This document shows, in pieces, positions 38,014-47,964 of a stretch of 64,000 nucleotides of DNA (positions are counted from its first letter, which is position 1; each line of letters begins with the position of its first letter). A program made the translations under genes and the position numbers. Source of the stretch: Candidatus Omnitrophota bacterium. Its GTDB lineage: Bacteria; Omnitrophota; Gorgyraeia; Zapsychrales; Aceulaceae. Under the pieces are notes generated by a model, which saw nothing but the letters and a program-made list of their open reading frames with translations, ran no database searches and was not told the origin of the DNA. The stretch covers positions 11,479 to 75,478 of the forward strand of contig JAKQPK010000023.1 in assembly GCA_029564765.1 (NCBI GenBank), read 5' to 3'.

Positions 38014-38814
38014 ATGTATAAAGAATTTTACGGGCTTAAAGAAAACCCGTTCAATGTCACTTCTGATCCATCTTTTTTCTTTTCCAGCACGTATCACGCC
38101 GAGGCATTCTCTCATTTGGTCTATGGGATCCAACAGCGCAAGGGTATCATCTTGATCACAGGTGAGATCGGAACAGGAAAAACTACACTTTGTCGGGCAC
38201 TCCTAAACCGCCTTGACCAGCAAACGAGGACAGCGTTCATCCTCTACCCCAATTTCTCTGAAGTCCAGCTCTTGCAGATGGTTATAAAAGATTTCGGGAT
38301 CCAAACAAGCTCCAGCAATAAAGCGGCTATCATCAACGCCTTAAATGAATTTTTACTAGGGGAAACGAACAAAGGCCACAATGTTGTTTTGATCATTGAT
38401 GAGGCTCAAAACCTTAAAGCCAGCCAGCTTGAACAGATCCGCCTTTTATCGAACCTTGAGACCGAAAAAGAAAAACTTCTTCAAATCATCCTTGTTGGAC
38501 AACCAGAATTATGTGAAAAACTAAGGCTTCCCTCCTTGCGGCAGCTGAACCAGCGCATCACCATTCGCAACCATATCAAACCTTTAGAAAAAAAAGAGCT
38601 CAAAGGCTACATCCAGCACCGCCTTCACATCGCCGGCGCGCAAAAGGACGTATTGTTCACGGATGAAGCCTTAGAGGAGATCTTTCTTTGCTCCATGGGT
38701 ACTCCCCGGCTAATTAACATTATCTGTGATCGGGCACTTTTGGCAGGGTTTGTCGCTGAGACATGGACGATCGACTACAATATCATCAAGAAATGTATTG
38801 AGGAAATCACCTAG
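38014..38814 (+). CDS. ExeA/GspA-like AAA ATPase
   Basis: MY.EFYGL.ENPF, GEIGTGKTT, IIDEAQNL, LVGQPEL and G.PRLIN..CD motifs. Confidence 0.9.
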   Translation: MYKEFYGLKENPFNVTSDPSFFFSSTYHAEAFSHLVYGIQQRKGIILITGEIGTGKTTLCRALLNRLDQQTRTAFILYPNFSEVQLLQMVIKDFGIQTSSSNKAAIINALNEFLLGETNKGHNVVLIIDEAQNLKASQLEQIRLLSNLETEKEKLLQIILVGQPELCEKLRLPSLRQLNQRITIRNHIKPLEKKELKGYIQHRLHIAGAQKDVLFTDEALEEIFLCSMGTPRLINIICDRALLAGFVAETWTIDYNIIKKCIEEIT

Positions 38815-38815
38815 T

Positions 38816-39322
38816 ATGAGCATTATTAATGATGCTTTAAAAAAAACACAGCAAAATTTTGAACATCGAAAAAGAGTCTTAGTTCCAGGAAGCGGCACTG
38901 AGAAAACAACAGGAAAGTTCTCTGAGATCACAGGCGCGATCATCATCGCAAGCTTCATGGCCTCTTTGCTGGTCTTTACTCTTGCTTTCTTTTTTGCCCC
39001 CAAGGAAAAAAAGGTCATTCTTCCAGCTACCCCAGAAGACAAGGACATAACAACCGCTTCATTCACGCCTCCAACATCCTCTGTTGGTCCTCTTTCCGTA
39101 CCAAAGATCATAGCTAAAGATCCAGACCCCAAGAACCAAGTCGCTGGCTTAACGCTTAACGGGATCGTACAAATGGGTGAAGGCTATGTTGCTTTGATCA
39201 ACAACCGCATCCTCAAGGAAGGCGATAGGATCGACAATAAAAAGATCTTGGGGATCTATAGCGATCACGTGAAAGTTTTTTATGATGGAGATGTTGTGAT
39301 CCTGAGGCGGGAAAAATTCTAG
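38816..39322 (+). CDS. GspB/ExeB-like protein
   Basis: MSIINDALKK start, one TM segment, C-terminal L.GI...ALIN..IL.EGD; follows the ExeA-like gene. Confidence 0.75.
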   Translation: MSIINDALKKTQQNFEHRKRVLVPGSGTEKTTGKFSEITGAIIIASFMASLLVFTLAFFFAPKEKKVILPATPEDKDITTASFTPPTSSVGPLSVPKIIAKDPDPKNQVAGLTLNGIVQMGEGYVALINNRILKEGDRIDNKKILGIYSDHVKVFYDGDVVILRREKF

Positions 39323-40407
39323 GCGCTTACCTGACGGATCGCGCGTTCAATAAGAGCGCAAGGGATCCCCTCGCGCACCGTGGCCCTGCCCAATCCCTGC
39401 AGCAGAACAAATCGGTTCTTTTTTGAGATATTCTTTTTATCATGTGCCGCGGCGTTCATGATAGCGCGCGCGCTGACACCTTTTATGACCGATGGTAATC
39501 CAGCGGCTGTCAAAAGTCGTTCAAGCTGTTGGTGGTCGCTTTCTGAAAGTAATCCTCTTTGCACCGATAAATAAGCCGCCATGCGCATACCTAAAGCGAC
39601 CGCTTCACCGTGCTGATAGCGTCCGTATCGACAAGCCGTCTCAATACCATGCCCTAGGGTATGGCCGAAATTCAATATCGTTCGCACGCCAAGGACTTCT
39701 CTCTCATCTTTAACGACAATACGTGCTTTGATCGCGCTGCAACGCGCCACGACGTATTCCAAGGCCTGCGCATCACGCGATAAGATCCTAAAAAGATTTT
39801 TCTCGATGAACCGCAACAAAGAACAATCACAGATCGCGCCATACTTGATCGCCTCTGCCAAACCATTGCGCAACTGGCGATCGCTCAATGACCCTAAGGT
39901 CATAATATCGCTGAGCACAAAACGTGGCTGATAGAACGCGCCGACCAGATTCTTGCCGGCAGGCAGATCGATAGCTGTTTTTCCACCGATCGCGGAATCA
40001 ATCTGGGCTAAAAACGTTGTTGGGACCTGGACGAGCGCAACGCCACGCTTGTAGATCGCCGCGACAAAACCAGCAACATCACCGACCACGCCACCGCCCA
40101 AGGCAACAATGAATACCTTGCGCCCGACATCAAATTTGGCGATCTTGGCGATCAGCTCAAACGCTGTCTTTTGGGATTTGCTTTTTTCCGTATCCGCCAC
40201 ATCCAAGAAAGTCGCACTGATACTGCTGGACGCCAATACCCTCTTAAGCCGTGAGCCATAAAGCCCACGCACCACTGGATTACTGATAACGATCGCGTCG
40301 GATCCTATGCGGGCGTCCTTGGCCATGCGTCCCAGCATGGACAAAGCGCCTGAACCGACAACGATCGGATAACTTCTTTCTTTTAAAGCAACGCTGATCT
40401 TTTTCAT
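39319..40407 (-). CDS. aroB: 3-dehydroquinate synthase
   Basis: GGGVVGD, PTTFLAQ.D.AIGGKT, KNLVGAF and LNFGHT.GH motifs. Confidence 0.96.
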   Translation of the reverse strand: MKKISVALKERSYPIVVGSGALSMLGRMAKDARIGSDAIVISNPVVRGLYGSRLKRVLASSSISATFLDVADTEKSKSQKTAFELIAKIAKFDVGRKVFIVALGGGVVGDVAGFVAAIYKRGVALVQVPTTFLAQIDSAIGGKTAIDLPAGKNLVGAFYQPRFVLSDIMTLGSLSDRQLRNGLAEAIKYGAICDCSLLRFIEKNLFRILSRDAQALEYVVARCSAIKARIVVKDEREVLGVRTILNFGHTLGHGIETACRYGRYQHGEAVALGMRMAAYLSVQRGLLSESDHQQLERLLTAAGLPSVIKGVSARAIMNAAAHDKKNISKKNRFVLLQGLGRATVREGIPCALIERAIRQVSA

Positions 40408-40418
40408 ATGATCACTTT

Positions 40419-41027
40419 CTATGAAACACCAAGTAGGCGCCCTAGCAGGCGCACCACAGGCCAAAGAATATAATCAAGGATGCGAAAATATAATAACAAA
40501 AAAATGATGATCATGCCATACCTCTCTATTTGCGCGTAAGAACGCGCTAAAGAGTAAGGCAGGATCCCCATGACAAAACGTGATCCATCCAACGGCGGGA
40601 TGGGTAGCAAATTAAAAACAGCTAAAACCAAATTGATCACAACGCCCGTTTGTAGAACATAGTTCATGTTGCTAGAAAAAGGAAGGCGCAATAACAAGGC
40701 CGCAACTGCGGCTAAGGCCAGATTAACCAGAGGCCCGGACAGGCCCACCCATATCATGTCTTGCTTGGGATTTCTTAGCGCCATAAAATTAACCGGGACA
40801 GGTTTAGCCCACCCCAAAACGATCGGTGACCTCATAAAAAGAAGAAGAGCCGGCACAACAATAGTCCCGATCGGATCGATGTGCGGCAAGGGATTGAGCG
40901 TTAATCGCCCCGCAAGTTTAGCTGTGGAATCTCCTAAGCGGTATGCAACCCAACCATGCGCACATTCATGCAGGATAACAGAAAAGAATAAGATAAATGG
41001 GATCGCTAATAGGTGATAAATGTCCAT
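40419..41027 (-). CDS. Site-2 protease (M50) family protein
   Basis: HECAH and FNLLPIPPLDG motifs. Confidence 0.92.
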   Translation of the reverse strand: MDIYHLLAIPFILFFSVILHECAHGWVAYRLGDSTAKLAGRLTLNPLPHIDPIGTIVVPALLLFMRSPIVLGWAKPVPVNFMALRNPKQDMIWVGLSGPLVNLALAAVAALLLRLPFSSNMNYVLQTGVVINLVLAVFNLLPIPPLDGSRFVMGILPYSLARSYAQIERYGMIIIFLLLYFRILDYILWPVVRLLGRLLGVS

Positions 41028-41076
41028 GAGGCGATAGCTATTCCCGAACGAGGGCTTACAAGAAATGATCTAAAAA

Positions 41077-41307
41077 CTACTTTGCTTTCGACTCAGCCCC
41101 TGCAGCTGCGGCAGGTGTTTCAGCTTTGGCGGCCTTTGTTTTCTTGGTCTTGATCTTCAGGATCTTGGTCTTGGGCAAACCTGTTACAGATTGATTATCT
41201 TGCCATTTGCCTTTTTTCATCAAGCCCTTAATGCGCTGAATACGCGAAAGAACTGTTTTCTGTTGAGCGCCAGCTGTGTCGATCTTTAATGATGGATGAA
41301 TGGACAT
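41077..41307 (-). CDS. PVC-superphylum small basic (signature) protein
   Basis: MSIHPSLK...VL.R..RI..L...GKW.....V.GLPK pattern. Confidence 0.75.
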   Translation of the reverse strand: MSIHPSLKIDTAGAQQKTVLSRIQRIKGLMKKGKWQDNQSVTGLPKTKILKIKTKKTKAAKAETPAAAAGAESKAK

Positions 41308-41308
41308 G

Positions 41309-41905
41309 TTATAATCTCCTTACTAAACAATCTTTGTATTTATCTTTGAGCTTCCCTAAAAAAGTTTTAGCGGCCTGAGAATCGACAAAGCGGCCAACAC
41401 AGACAATGATATGCTTGCCCTTAGAAACAACGAATGTTTCATATCCTTTTTTCTCTAAGGCGGCGGCTTCTTTTTCCGCGTACTTCTTAGATACAAACGA
41501 CGCAAGCTGTATCGTATAAAAGTTTTGCGGAGCCTCGACTAGAGCTTGAGGCATTTTGTCTTCAGGAGCACTAGCTGTTTCCCGAACGTCAGCAACGGAA
41601 GCCGCTGGTATCTGAGGCTGGATCGCTTTCCTTTTTTCTACCGGCTGATCAGCTACGACTGGTTGAACTGCGATCTTGCGCGCGACTGCCACAGGCTGAG
41701 CAGAAGCAACACGTTTTCCTTTCTCAACACCGACAGAGAAAGATACGATAATAGCGAGAAAGATAAAAACAGTCAAGACAATAATATTTTCCGCGCTCAA
41801 TGTCACATTCGACAAGATAAAACGCGATACAGCCGATTCGGATGATGATTTTCGATCGGCATTCGAAAACAATTCAAATTGATCTTGTTTATAATTAATA
41901 TCCAT
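41309..41905 (-). CDS. SPOR domain membrane protein
   Basis: One TM segment, linker, YTIQLASF...V.VGRF. Confidence 0.82.
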   Translation of the reverse strand: MDINYKQDQFELFSNADRKSSSESAVSRFILSNVTLSAENIIVLTVFIFLAIIVSFSVGVEKGKRVASAQPVAVARKIAVQPVVADQPVEKRKAIQPQIPAASVADVRETASAPEDKMPQALVEAPQNFYTIQLASFVSKKYAEKEAAALEKKGYETFVVSKGKHIIVCVGRFVDSQAAKTFLGKLKDKYKDCLVRRL

Positions 41906-41920
41906 AAATGTATTATAAGG

Positions 41921-43003
41921 TTATGAGCCTATCATGCTCAAGTATTTTCTAAATTTTGTTTGAGAACACAGCTCACAAAATACCTTAACGACCTTCGGGT
42001 CGAACTGCGTCCCGCTCTTTTTCAGGATCTCTTGCCTCATGCGCGGCAATGAGACTTTTCGCTTGTAAGGCCGCTGGACCATCATAGCTTCTGCGGCATC
42101 AACCACAGCCATCACGCGCGCACCCAAAGGGATCTCCTCCGCGCAAAGCCCCGATGGATAACCTTTGCCATCGTAACGTTCATGATGATACAAAATAATC
42201 GGAAGGACAGGCTTTAAGAACGCAACAGGCTTGATCAATTCAACACTTTTCTCAGGATGCCGACGGATCTCTCTGAATTCAGCAGGTGTCAATCGCCCTT
42301 GCTTGCGTAAAATATGATGCGGAATGTCAATGGAGCCAGCATCATGCAAGATGCTCGCATATTCTAGGGCCGCAATATCTTTTTCGTTCATTCCCATTTC
42401 TTGAGCCAGAGATTGCACGATCTTGTAATATGCCGGCGCGTGCTGACAAAATTCTTTCACGCCTTGCTTCGCGAAAAACTTTCCCATAGATCGAATACTA
42501 TCAAGAATGACCTTCTGCTGGAGCTCTTGCAATTGCAAATTACGCACAGCGATAACGACCTCTTCCGCAAGAACAGTTAACACTTCCCTGTCAAAATCCT
42601 CGAATGGTTTCTGTGCCGGCTTACGCCTCATAAAAATGGCACCGATGTTCTCCTCGCTGACAAGAGGTAGGCCGATAAATCTCTCGCGAATAATGGTCGC
42701 GCCCTTGACCACGCTGCGCTCGTCCTTGGTTGCCTTGGCCAGATCGGCTTTGCGCTCATAAAGAATATTGATCTTGCCGTTAAAAACAGCGATCAACTTT
42801 AAATGTTTTCCCCTGTCATCTAAGACGTGAACACACGACGAACTAGCGCCCACCAGCTGGCAGATAATGCGCGTGAGACGGATCAAAAGCTCCTTGGTGC
42901 TATATGTGGAGTTGACCAAGCGGTAGACCATGTGGACCGCAGCGATGACACGCTTGTATTTTTCTTTTGAAGAAATATTATATTTGATTCTATGAGGGCT
43001 CAT
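41921..43003 (-). CDS. GAF + HD-GYP phosphodiesterase
   Basis: LHDAG and HHERYDGKGYP.GL motifs; N-terminal GAF-like region. Confidence 0.85.
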   Translation of the reverse strand: MSPHRIKYNISSKEKYKRVIAAVHMVYRLVNSTYSTKELLIRLTRIICQLVGASSSCVHVLDDRGKHLKLIAVFNGKINILYERKADLAKATKDERSVVKGATIIRERFIGLPLVSEENIGAIFMRRKPAQKPFEDFDREVLTVLAEEVVIAVRNLQLQELQQKVILDSIRSMGKFFAKQGVKEFCQHAPAYYKIVQSLAQEMGMNEKDIAALEYASILHDAGSIDIPHHILRKQGRLTPAEFREIRRHPEKSVELIKPVAFLKPVLPIILYHHERYDGKGYPSGLCAEEIPLGARVMAVVDAAEAMMVQRPYKRKVSLPRMRQEILKKSGTQFDPKVVKVFCELCSQTKFRKYLSMIGS

Positions 43004-43008
43004 AAGTT

Positions 43009-44214
43009 TTACGAAAGTTTTTGATATTCTTCCAAAGCCACACGATCCGTCATGTCAGCGATGAAATCACAGATAATCTCTTTTTCTGTTTCTTTAGAAT
43101 ATTTTTTATCTGGATCATAAATGTCATACGGGAGCTGACGAGGGTTGCTACTGTAGATATCGAACAGCCGGTGGATCACACGCTTGGCCTTTGTGGTCAT
43201 GCGCTCAACCAGGTAGTGATGATACAGCTTTTTATTTAGGATCTGCTGGAGTTCATCGCGCTCCTGCGCCATCACAGCGCTGAACTTTATCGAGAAATCG
43301 CTGGTCTTTTTAACATCATTAACGGAACCGAAATGATGCTGCGTGATCTCCTTATCAGAAGTCTCAAGAAGGTCCTTAACTTGAATATCGATCAAGGTCT
43401 TGACGATCAAATTCCGCTCTAAGGCTTCATTGCCAATCGGTGTCGACGGCTGAAGGCCAGCGATCGTCCTTGACCATAAGGCGCTCGCGCTAAGATCCTC
43501 TTTACGAATATATCCGGAAGCCAACCCATCATCAATATCATGATTGAGATATGCTAGCTCATCGGCAACGTTGACGATCTGCGCTTCCAAGGTCGGGAAT
43601 TCATTGAGCGACTGATCGCCTAGTGATGGTGCGTCATAGGTCGTTTTATGCTTGAGAATGCCAACAAGCACTTCCCGTGTTAGATTCAACCCATCAAAGG
43701 CCGGATAGCGTTTTTCCTTAGTAACGATCTCAAAGCTTCTCTTGTTATGATTAAACCCCTTGCTTGTTTTGGCCTGAGAGATAAAACGCAAGAATTCATC
43801 AATCTTATTCCCACTCATGATCTCATCCAGCGCCTTTTCTCCAGCGTGTCCAAAAGGAGGATGGCCAAGATCATGCGCTAAGGCGATCGCCTCGATCAGG
43901 TCCTCATTGAGCATCAAGCTGCGGCCGATCGTGCGAGCGATCTGAGCCACCTCGATCGTATGCGTAAGTCGTGTACGATAATAGTCCCCTTCGAAGATCG
44001 GGAAAACTTGAGTTTTGTATTCGAGGTTACGAAAAGCGCGCAAATGAACGATGCGGTCACGGTCCCTCTGGTAGCATGTGCGGGTCGGATGGCCCGGCTC
44101 TGCAAAAAAACGGCCAGCCGAATCCTTGCTGTGCATCGCATAAGGGGCTAAAACAACATCCTCAAGCTTTTCGATTTCTTCTCTGGTCCTCACGACATAG
44201 CTCCTTAAAGACAA
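43009..44214 (-). CDS. dgt: dGTP triphosphohydrolase (housekeeping copy)
   Basis: RDRDRIVH..AFR.L.YKTQVF, RTRLTHT.EV and HDLGHPPFGHAGE motifs; true start may be GTG 44193. Confidence 0.92.
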   Translation of the reverse strand: MSLRSYVVRTREEIEKLEDVVLAPYAMHSKDSAGRFFAEPGHPTRTCYQRDRDRIVHLRAFRNLEYKTQVFPIFEGDYYRTRLTHTIEVAQIARTIGRSLMLNEDLIEAIALAHDLGHPPFGHAGEKALDEIMSGNKIDEFLRFISQAKTSKGFNHNKRSFEIVTKEKRYPAFDGLNLTREVLVGILKHKTTYDAPSLGDQSLNEFPTLEAQIVNVADELAYLNHDIDDGLASGYIRKEDLSASALWSRTIAGLQPSTPIGNEALERNLIVKTLIDIQVKDLLETSDKEITQHHFGSVNDVKKTSDFSIKFSAVMAQERDELQQILNKKLYHHYLVERMTTKAKRVIHRLFDIYSSNPRQLPYDIYDPDKKYSKETEKEIICDFIADMTDRVALEEYQKLS

Positions 44215-44668
44215 CGGTCATTGATTGCGAAATAACCTTAGTGCCCGCAGTGACGGGCATAAAATTAACATCCCCTTTCCACCGAGGAACAATGTGAATG
44301 TGAAAATGGTTCGGAAATCCTGCTCCAGCTAAACGACCAACATTGATCCCAATATTATACCCTTGGGGCTTTAAAACCTTATCCAAAAGAGCCTGAGCGT
44401 ATTCTAGCGTGTCTAAAAGATCTTGCTTTTCAAATTTCGTAAGTTTTCTTAATTCTCCAACATGGCGGTACGGGATCACCATCGCATGTCCATTGTTGTA
44501 TGGAAAAATATTTAAGACAGCGAAGCAATGTTGGCTGCGCTTGAAGATAAGGTTCTTCTTATCCTTTTGTTCAGAGTGGATACGACAAAAAACGCATCCC
44601 TTCTTTTTTTGATCGATCGCCGTGACATACGCGCTGCGCCATGGAGCCCAAAGACGTTTATTGTTCAT
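44162..44668 (-). CDS. HIT family hydrolase (Ap4A phosphorylase-like)
   Basis: LWAPWR, CVFC, N.FPYNNGH and HFHIHIVPRW motifs. Confidence 0.9.
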   Translation of the reverse strand: MNNKRLWAPWRSAYVTAIDQKKKGCVFCRIHSEQKDKKNLIFKRSQHCFAVLNIFPYNNGHAMVIPYRHVGELRKLTKFEKQDLLDTLEYAQALLDKVLKPQGYNIGINVGRLAGAGFPNHFHIHIVPRWKGDVNFMPVTAGTKVISQSMTVVFKELCREDQRRNRKA

Positions 44669-45140
44669 CGATCCTCACGATCGTGGCTGTGATCTTATCG
44701 GTAATATCCAAAATGCCGTATGAGCGGTACGGCGCAAACACCGTATCGGTAATGCTCCCAGGATTAAAAAAAAGAACGCTCCCGATCTTTTCATTAAAAG
44801 GATGATGCGAATGGCCAAAAACAACAGCATCAACCTTCTGGTCCTTGAATTCTTTTTGAACACAAGCTAACAAACGGTCCGGATGCCCTTCTCCGTGGAA
44901 AACTCCGATCGTGAAAGCTCCACAACGGATCAACTGCGTACGCGCAAGCTGTCCACGAAGCTTCCCATCATCCATATTACCATGCACAGCTTTGATCTCG
45001 TTAATTTTCTGGAGCTGGCGCAAAGATTCTTCGCAGCAGATATCACCGGCATGGATAATAAAATCCATCTTCTTAAGGTCCGCGACCGCAGAAGTAGGGA
45101 TCGGACGTGAATGCGTGTCTGAAATAACCCCGATCCTCAT
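44658..45140 (-). CDS. YfcE family metallophosphoesterase
   Basis: SDTH, HAGD, GNMD, FGHSH and NPGS motifs. Confidence 0.9.
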   Translation of the reverse strand: MRIGVISDTHSRPIPTSAVADLKKMDFIIHAGDICCEESLRQLQKINEIKAVHGNMDDGKLRGQLARTQLIRCGAFTIGVFHGEGHPDRLLACVQKEFKDQKVDAVVFGHSHHPFNEKIGSVLFFNPGSITDTVFAPYRSYGILDITDKITATIVRIDEQ

Positions 45141-46768
45141 AGCGCGATGTATGGTTTATTGTACATGTTCAACAAGAAATTAAGCTCCTTTTCATCCCAG
45201 ATCCACATGCGTTCCTGAAGCGCTCGCAAACGTAAAGGATTCCCGAGATCCCTTAAAGAGATAATGACCTGTTTACGCGGCTTCCCCTCGACCTTTTTGA
45301 TCTCATCAAGCAAGGCGTTCATATCGTTCTCCGACAGGTCTTTGTCATGCAGCATCACGATCCATGGCCCATCAGGAGCATAGGCCTTGATGACATCCAT
45401 TTCTGCTGTCGGCGACATGGCCATCCTTGTCGATTTAAACTTCTCAAAAGACGACAGACGATAGCGACGGCCATGCACATGGAACGTTTCGTCATTAAAA
45501 CAGCTGAGCAGCTCGATCACGCGCACTGAGAGATCCTTTTGTGATGCCAAATGAAAGGCATTAACGTTATGCGCAAATTCTTCACGGAACAAGATCCTCT
45601 CTTGCTGGGGATCAAAGCCGACAAAATTTAAGCGACGCTTGAGGATGTACTTGATCCAATAACGGAACAATTTGTCTTTTAAATAATAAAATCTTCCGCT
45701 GCGCTCAACGAGCCCTAACTCGATCAGATGTGACAACTTTTGCTTGATGATAATCTTTTTTCTGCGTTCGTGAACGCAAACGATCTCATCAAGGCTGTTC
45801 TTTTGCTCTGCCAAGGCGATCAACAAGCGCAGCGTTGCTTCATCGTCTTTCGGCCAGGACAAGCTTTCGACTAGGATCTCAAAATGACGGCTCAAGACAC
45901 CCCAGCGGTTAAAGATCGTGTTCTCTACAGCGTAGGACAAAAACGGCAAAAAGATCTCGGCTTGGCGGTGAAGCTGGCACAACTGGTTTAGCTGAGAGAT
46001 CAAAATGTTAAGGTACAGCGGATGCCCACCGGTAAAATCAACTAAGAAATTTTTTAGCTGATCTTTGATCTGAAAATCCTTTAAATGACTCTCCATAAAC
46101 TCCTTGCTGGTCTTCATGGAGAATGGTTCAACGTCGACGATCTCAAAATGACCAAACAAAAGCGACAATTTTTCAGTGAGGATCTTGCGCGCAACTTCCT
46201 GTAAGGAGCTTGCCATGAAATAAAGGCATCGTTTTTGGGTCATGATCCTCTTGCCAAGCTCCTGAAAAGCTTCATCAATATCCAAATGATCCAAATAATG
46301 GAATTCATCAAAAAGAATAACGCAGAACTTGCTCGTTTCAAGCGTGAAGATCTCCGGCAGCGACACCAAATGCTCATAAGCCTCAACAAAACGTTTTTTC
46401 TCGCTGAGAGCCTGGACCTGCTTGATGGCGGCAAAGGTTTGGGGCAGGCGATGTTGCGTGGTCTCTAACAATAAAGCTAGGTCATGATGCAGCGCAAGGT
46501 TCTCGCTTTTCGCGAAATTGTACAGAAGGCTTGTTATAAAATTGGTAGCCAGATACGGAAAATCTTTTCCCTTGAAATTAACATAAACAACGATCAAATC
46601 CTTGTCATCAAGATCGTGAATAAATTTCTGAAGCAAGGACGTCTTGCCGATATGCTCCGGGCCGATGAAGGCAACGTTCTGACGATAGCCGTCCTTGAGG
46701 TCCAAGACGCGTTTTTTTAGAAGGCCTAAGACTTCCTGTCGCCCAAAAAAATTCTTATCAATATCCAT
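45137..46768 (-). CDS. Archaeal-ATPase-like P-loop NTPase with wHTH and C-terminal alpha/beta domain
   Basis: FFGRQE, GPEHIGKTS, LFDEF and TGGHP motifs. Confidence 0.7.
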   Translation of the reverse strand: MDIDKNFFGRQEVLGLLKKRVLDLKDGYRQNVAFIGPEHIGKTSLLQKFIHDLDDKDLIVVYVNFKGKDFPYLATNFITSLLYNFAKSENLALHHDLALLLETTQHRLPQTFAAIKQVQALSEKKRFVEAYEHLVSLPEIFTLETSKFCVILFDEFHYLDHLDIDEAFQELGKRIMTQKRCLYFMASSLQEVARKILTEKLSLLFGHFEIVDVEPFSMKTSKEFMESHLKDFQIKDQLKNFLVDFTGGHPLYLNILISQLNQLCQLHRQAEIFLPFLSYAVENTIFNRWGVLSRHFEILVESLSWPKDDEATLRLLIALAEQKNSLDEIVCVHERRKKIIIKQKLSHLIELGLVERSGRFYYLKDKLFRYWIKYILKRRLNFVGFDPQQERILFREEFAHNVNAFHLASQKDLSVRVIELLSCFNDETFHVHGRRYRLSSFEKFKSTRMAMSPTAEMDVIKAYAPDGPWIVMLHDKDLSENDMNALLDEIKKVEGKPRKQVIISLRDLGNPLRLRALQERMWIWDEKELNFLLNMYNKPYIAL

Positions 46769-46780
46769 ACCCTTGACCTT

Positions 46781-47440
46781 TTATGGCAAAAAATACAATG
46801 GATTCTTCGCTATAGAATCCTTTCGGATCTCAAAATGTAAGGACGCCAAACTGCTATGGCCCGAAGCAAGCGCTATAGCTGTCTGTGACGTCACATGTTC
46901 ACCAACGGAAACCAACAGTTTGGCGTTATCCGCATAAACGGTTTGATAACCATCTCCGTGACTAACGATCAGTGTCGGGCCATACCCGATCAAATGGTCC
47001 GCGAAAACAACCTCCCCTCCTCTGGAAGGGAACACCTGCTGATCAGGCTCAGACTTGATATCGATCCCATTGTTCACGCCAAATCTTGATTTTGGATCCC
47101 CAAAAAAAGAGACGACCTTCCCGCGGATCGGCCATTTAAAATCATCGTCACTAAAAGCTTCTTCACGAGAAACGACGGATCTTTCAGTAGTTGCCTGGGG
47201 AATAAAGATGAGCTGATTCTGCTGAATATGCGCGGCATCTGGAATGCTATTGGCTCTTACTATCTCCTCGACGCTAATGCCATACGCCTGGGAGATACGC
47301 CATAAGGTTTCTTTCGGCTTGACCTTATGATAAATGCCCGCTGGCCGCTTAAACGCCTCAGTGCGCATAGCTTCATGAGGCGTTGCGCAACCAGAAAGTA
47401 TAAAACTTGCTACAACGATCCCAGCAAGAAAAGATCTCAT
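46781..47440 (-). CDS. LysM/M23 peptidase family lipoprotein (NlpD-like)
   Basis: LSGC lipobox, LysM, WP..G, NGIDI and LHFEIR; the first M23 His appears replaced, as in NlpD-type proteins. Confidence 0.85.
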   Translation of the reverse strand: MRSFLAGIVVASFILSGCATPHEAMRTEAFKRPAGIYHKVKPKETLWRISQAYGISVEEIVRANSIPDAAHIQQNQLIFIPQATTERSVVSREEAFSDDDFKWPIRGKVVSFFGDPKSRFGVNNGIDIKSEPDQQVFPSRGGEVVFADHLIGYGPTLIVSHGDGYQTVYADNAKLLVSVGEHVTSQTAIALASGHSSLASLHFEIRKDSIAKNPLYFLP

Positions 47441-47465
47441 TATTATGACCATAGTAATAAATACG

Positions 47466-47537
<72 letters not shown>

Positions 47538-47541
47538 AATA

Positions 47542-47964
47542 TTATAAATTTCTTCCCAAAATCTTTTGTTCTAACGAGTAAATTCGATAACGTATTTCTT
47601 TACAAGAAGCGGAACTCTTCCGATCCGCCAACTTCAAAAACTCCTCAAGGACCCGCACCGATTCCTTCACGCGCTGTGAATTCGCCCAAAAAATGTCCTT
47701 CACGGTCTTGCGCGTGAGCTCCGGCTTTGTTGTGATGGTCCGCCCAACATCATGACGGCTATCACGTACAGCAACCAAACAATGTTTAAATGCTAAAGAA
47801 CCTACACCTGACAAAGCATGCCGCAACGTTTTATATTGTCGCGCTAAACAGGGATCGTCCAGGACAAACCGTGTAATATCTTCGCAGACCCTTAACCCTT
47901 CTTTCGCTCGATTAAAATTCGCATCTAAAACACGTAAAACTTTCTTTTCGGCTACAAGGCGCAT
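47542..47964 (-). CDS. Stand-alone ThiE N-terminal-like (ThiD2) domain protein
   Basis: R.LDAN.NRAKEGLRV.ED..RF and N..R.KES.RVLEE..K motifs. Confidence 0.8.
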   Translation of the reverse strand: MRLVAEKKVLRVLDANFNRAKEGLRVCEDITRFVLDDPCLARQYKTLRHALSGVGSLAFKHCLVAVRDSRHDVGRTITTKPELTRKTVKDIFWANSQRVKESVRVLEEFLKLADRKSSASCKEIRYRIYSLEQKILGRNL

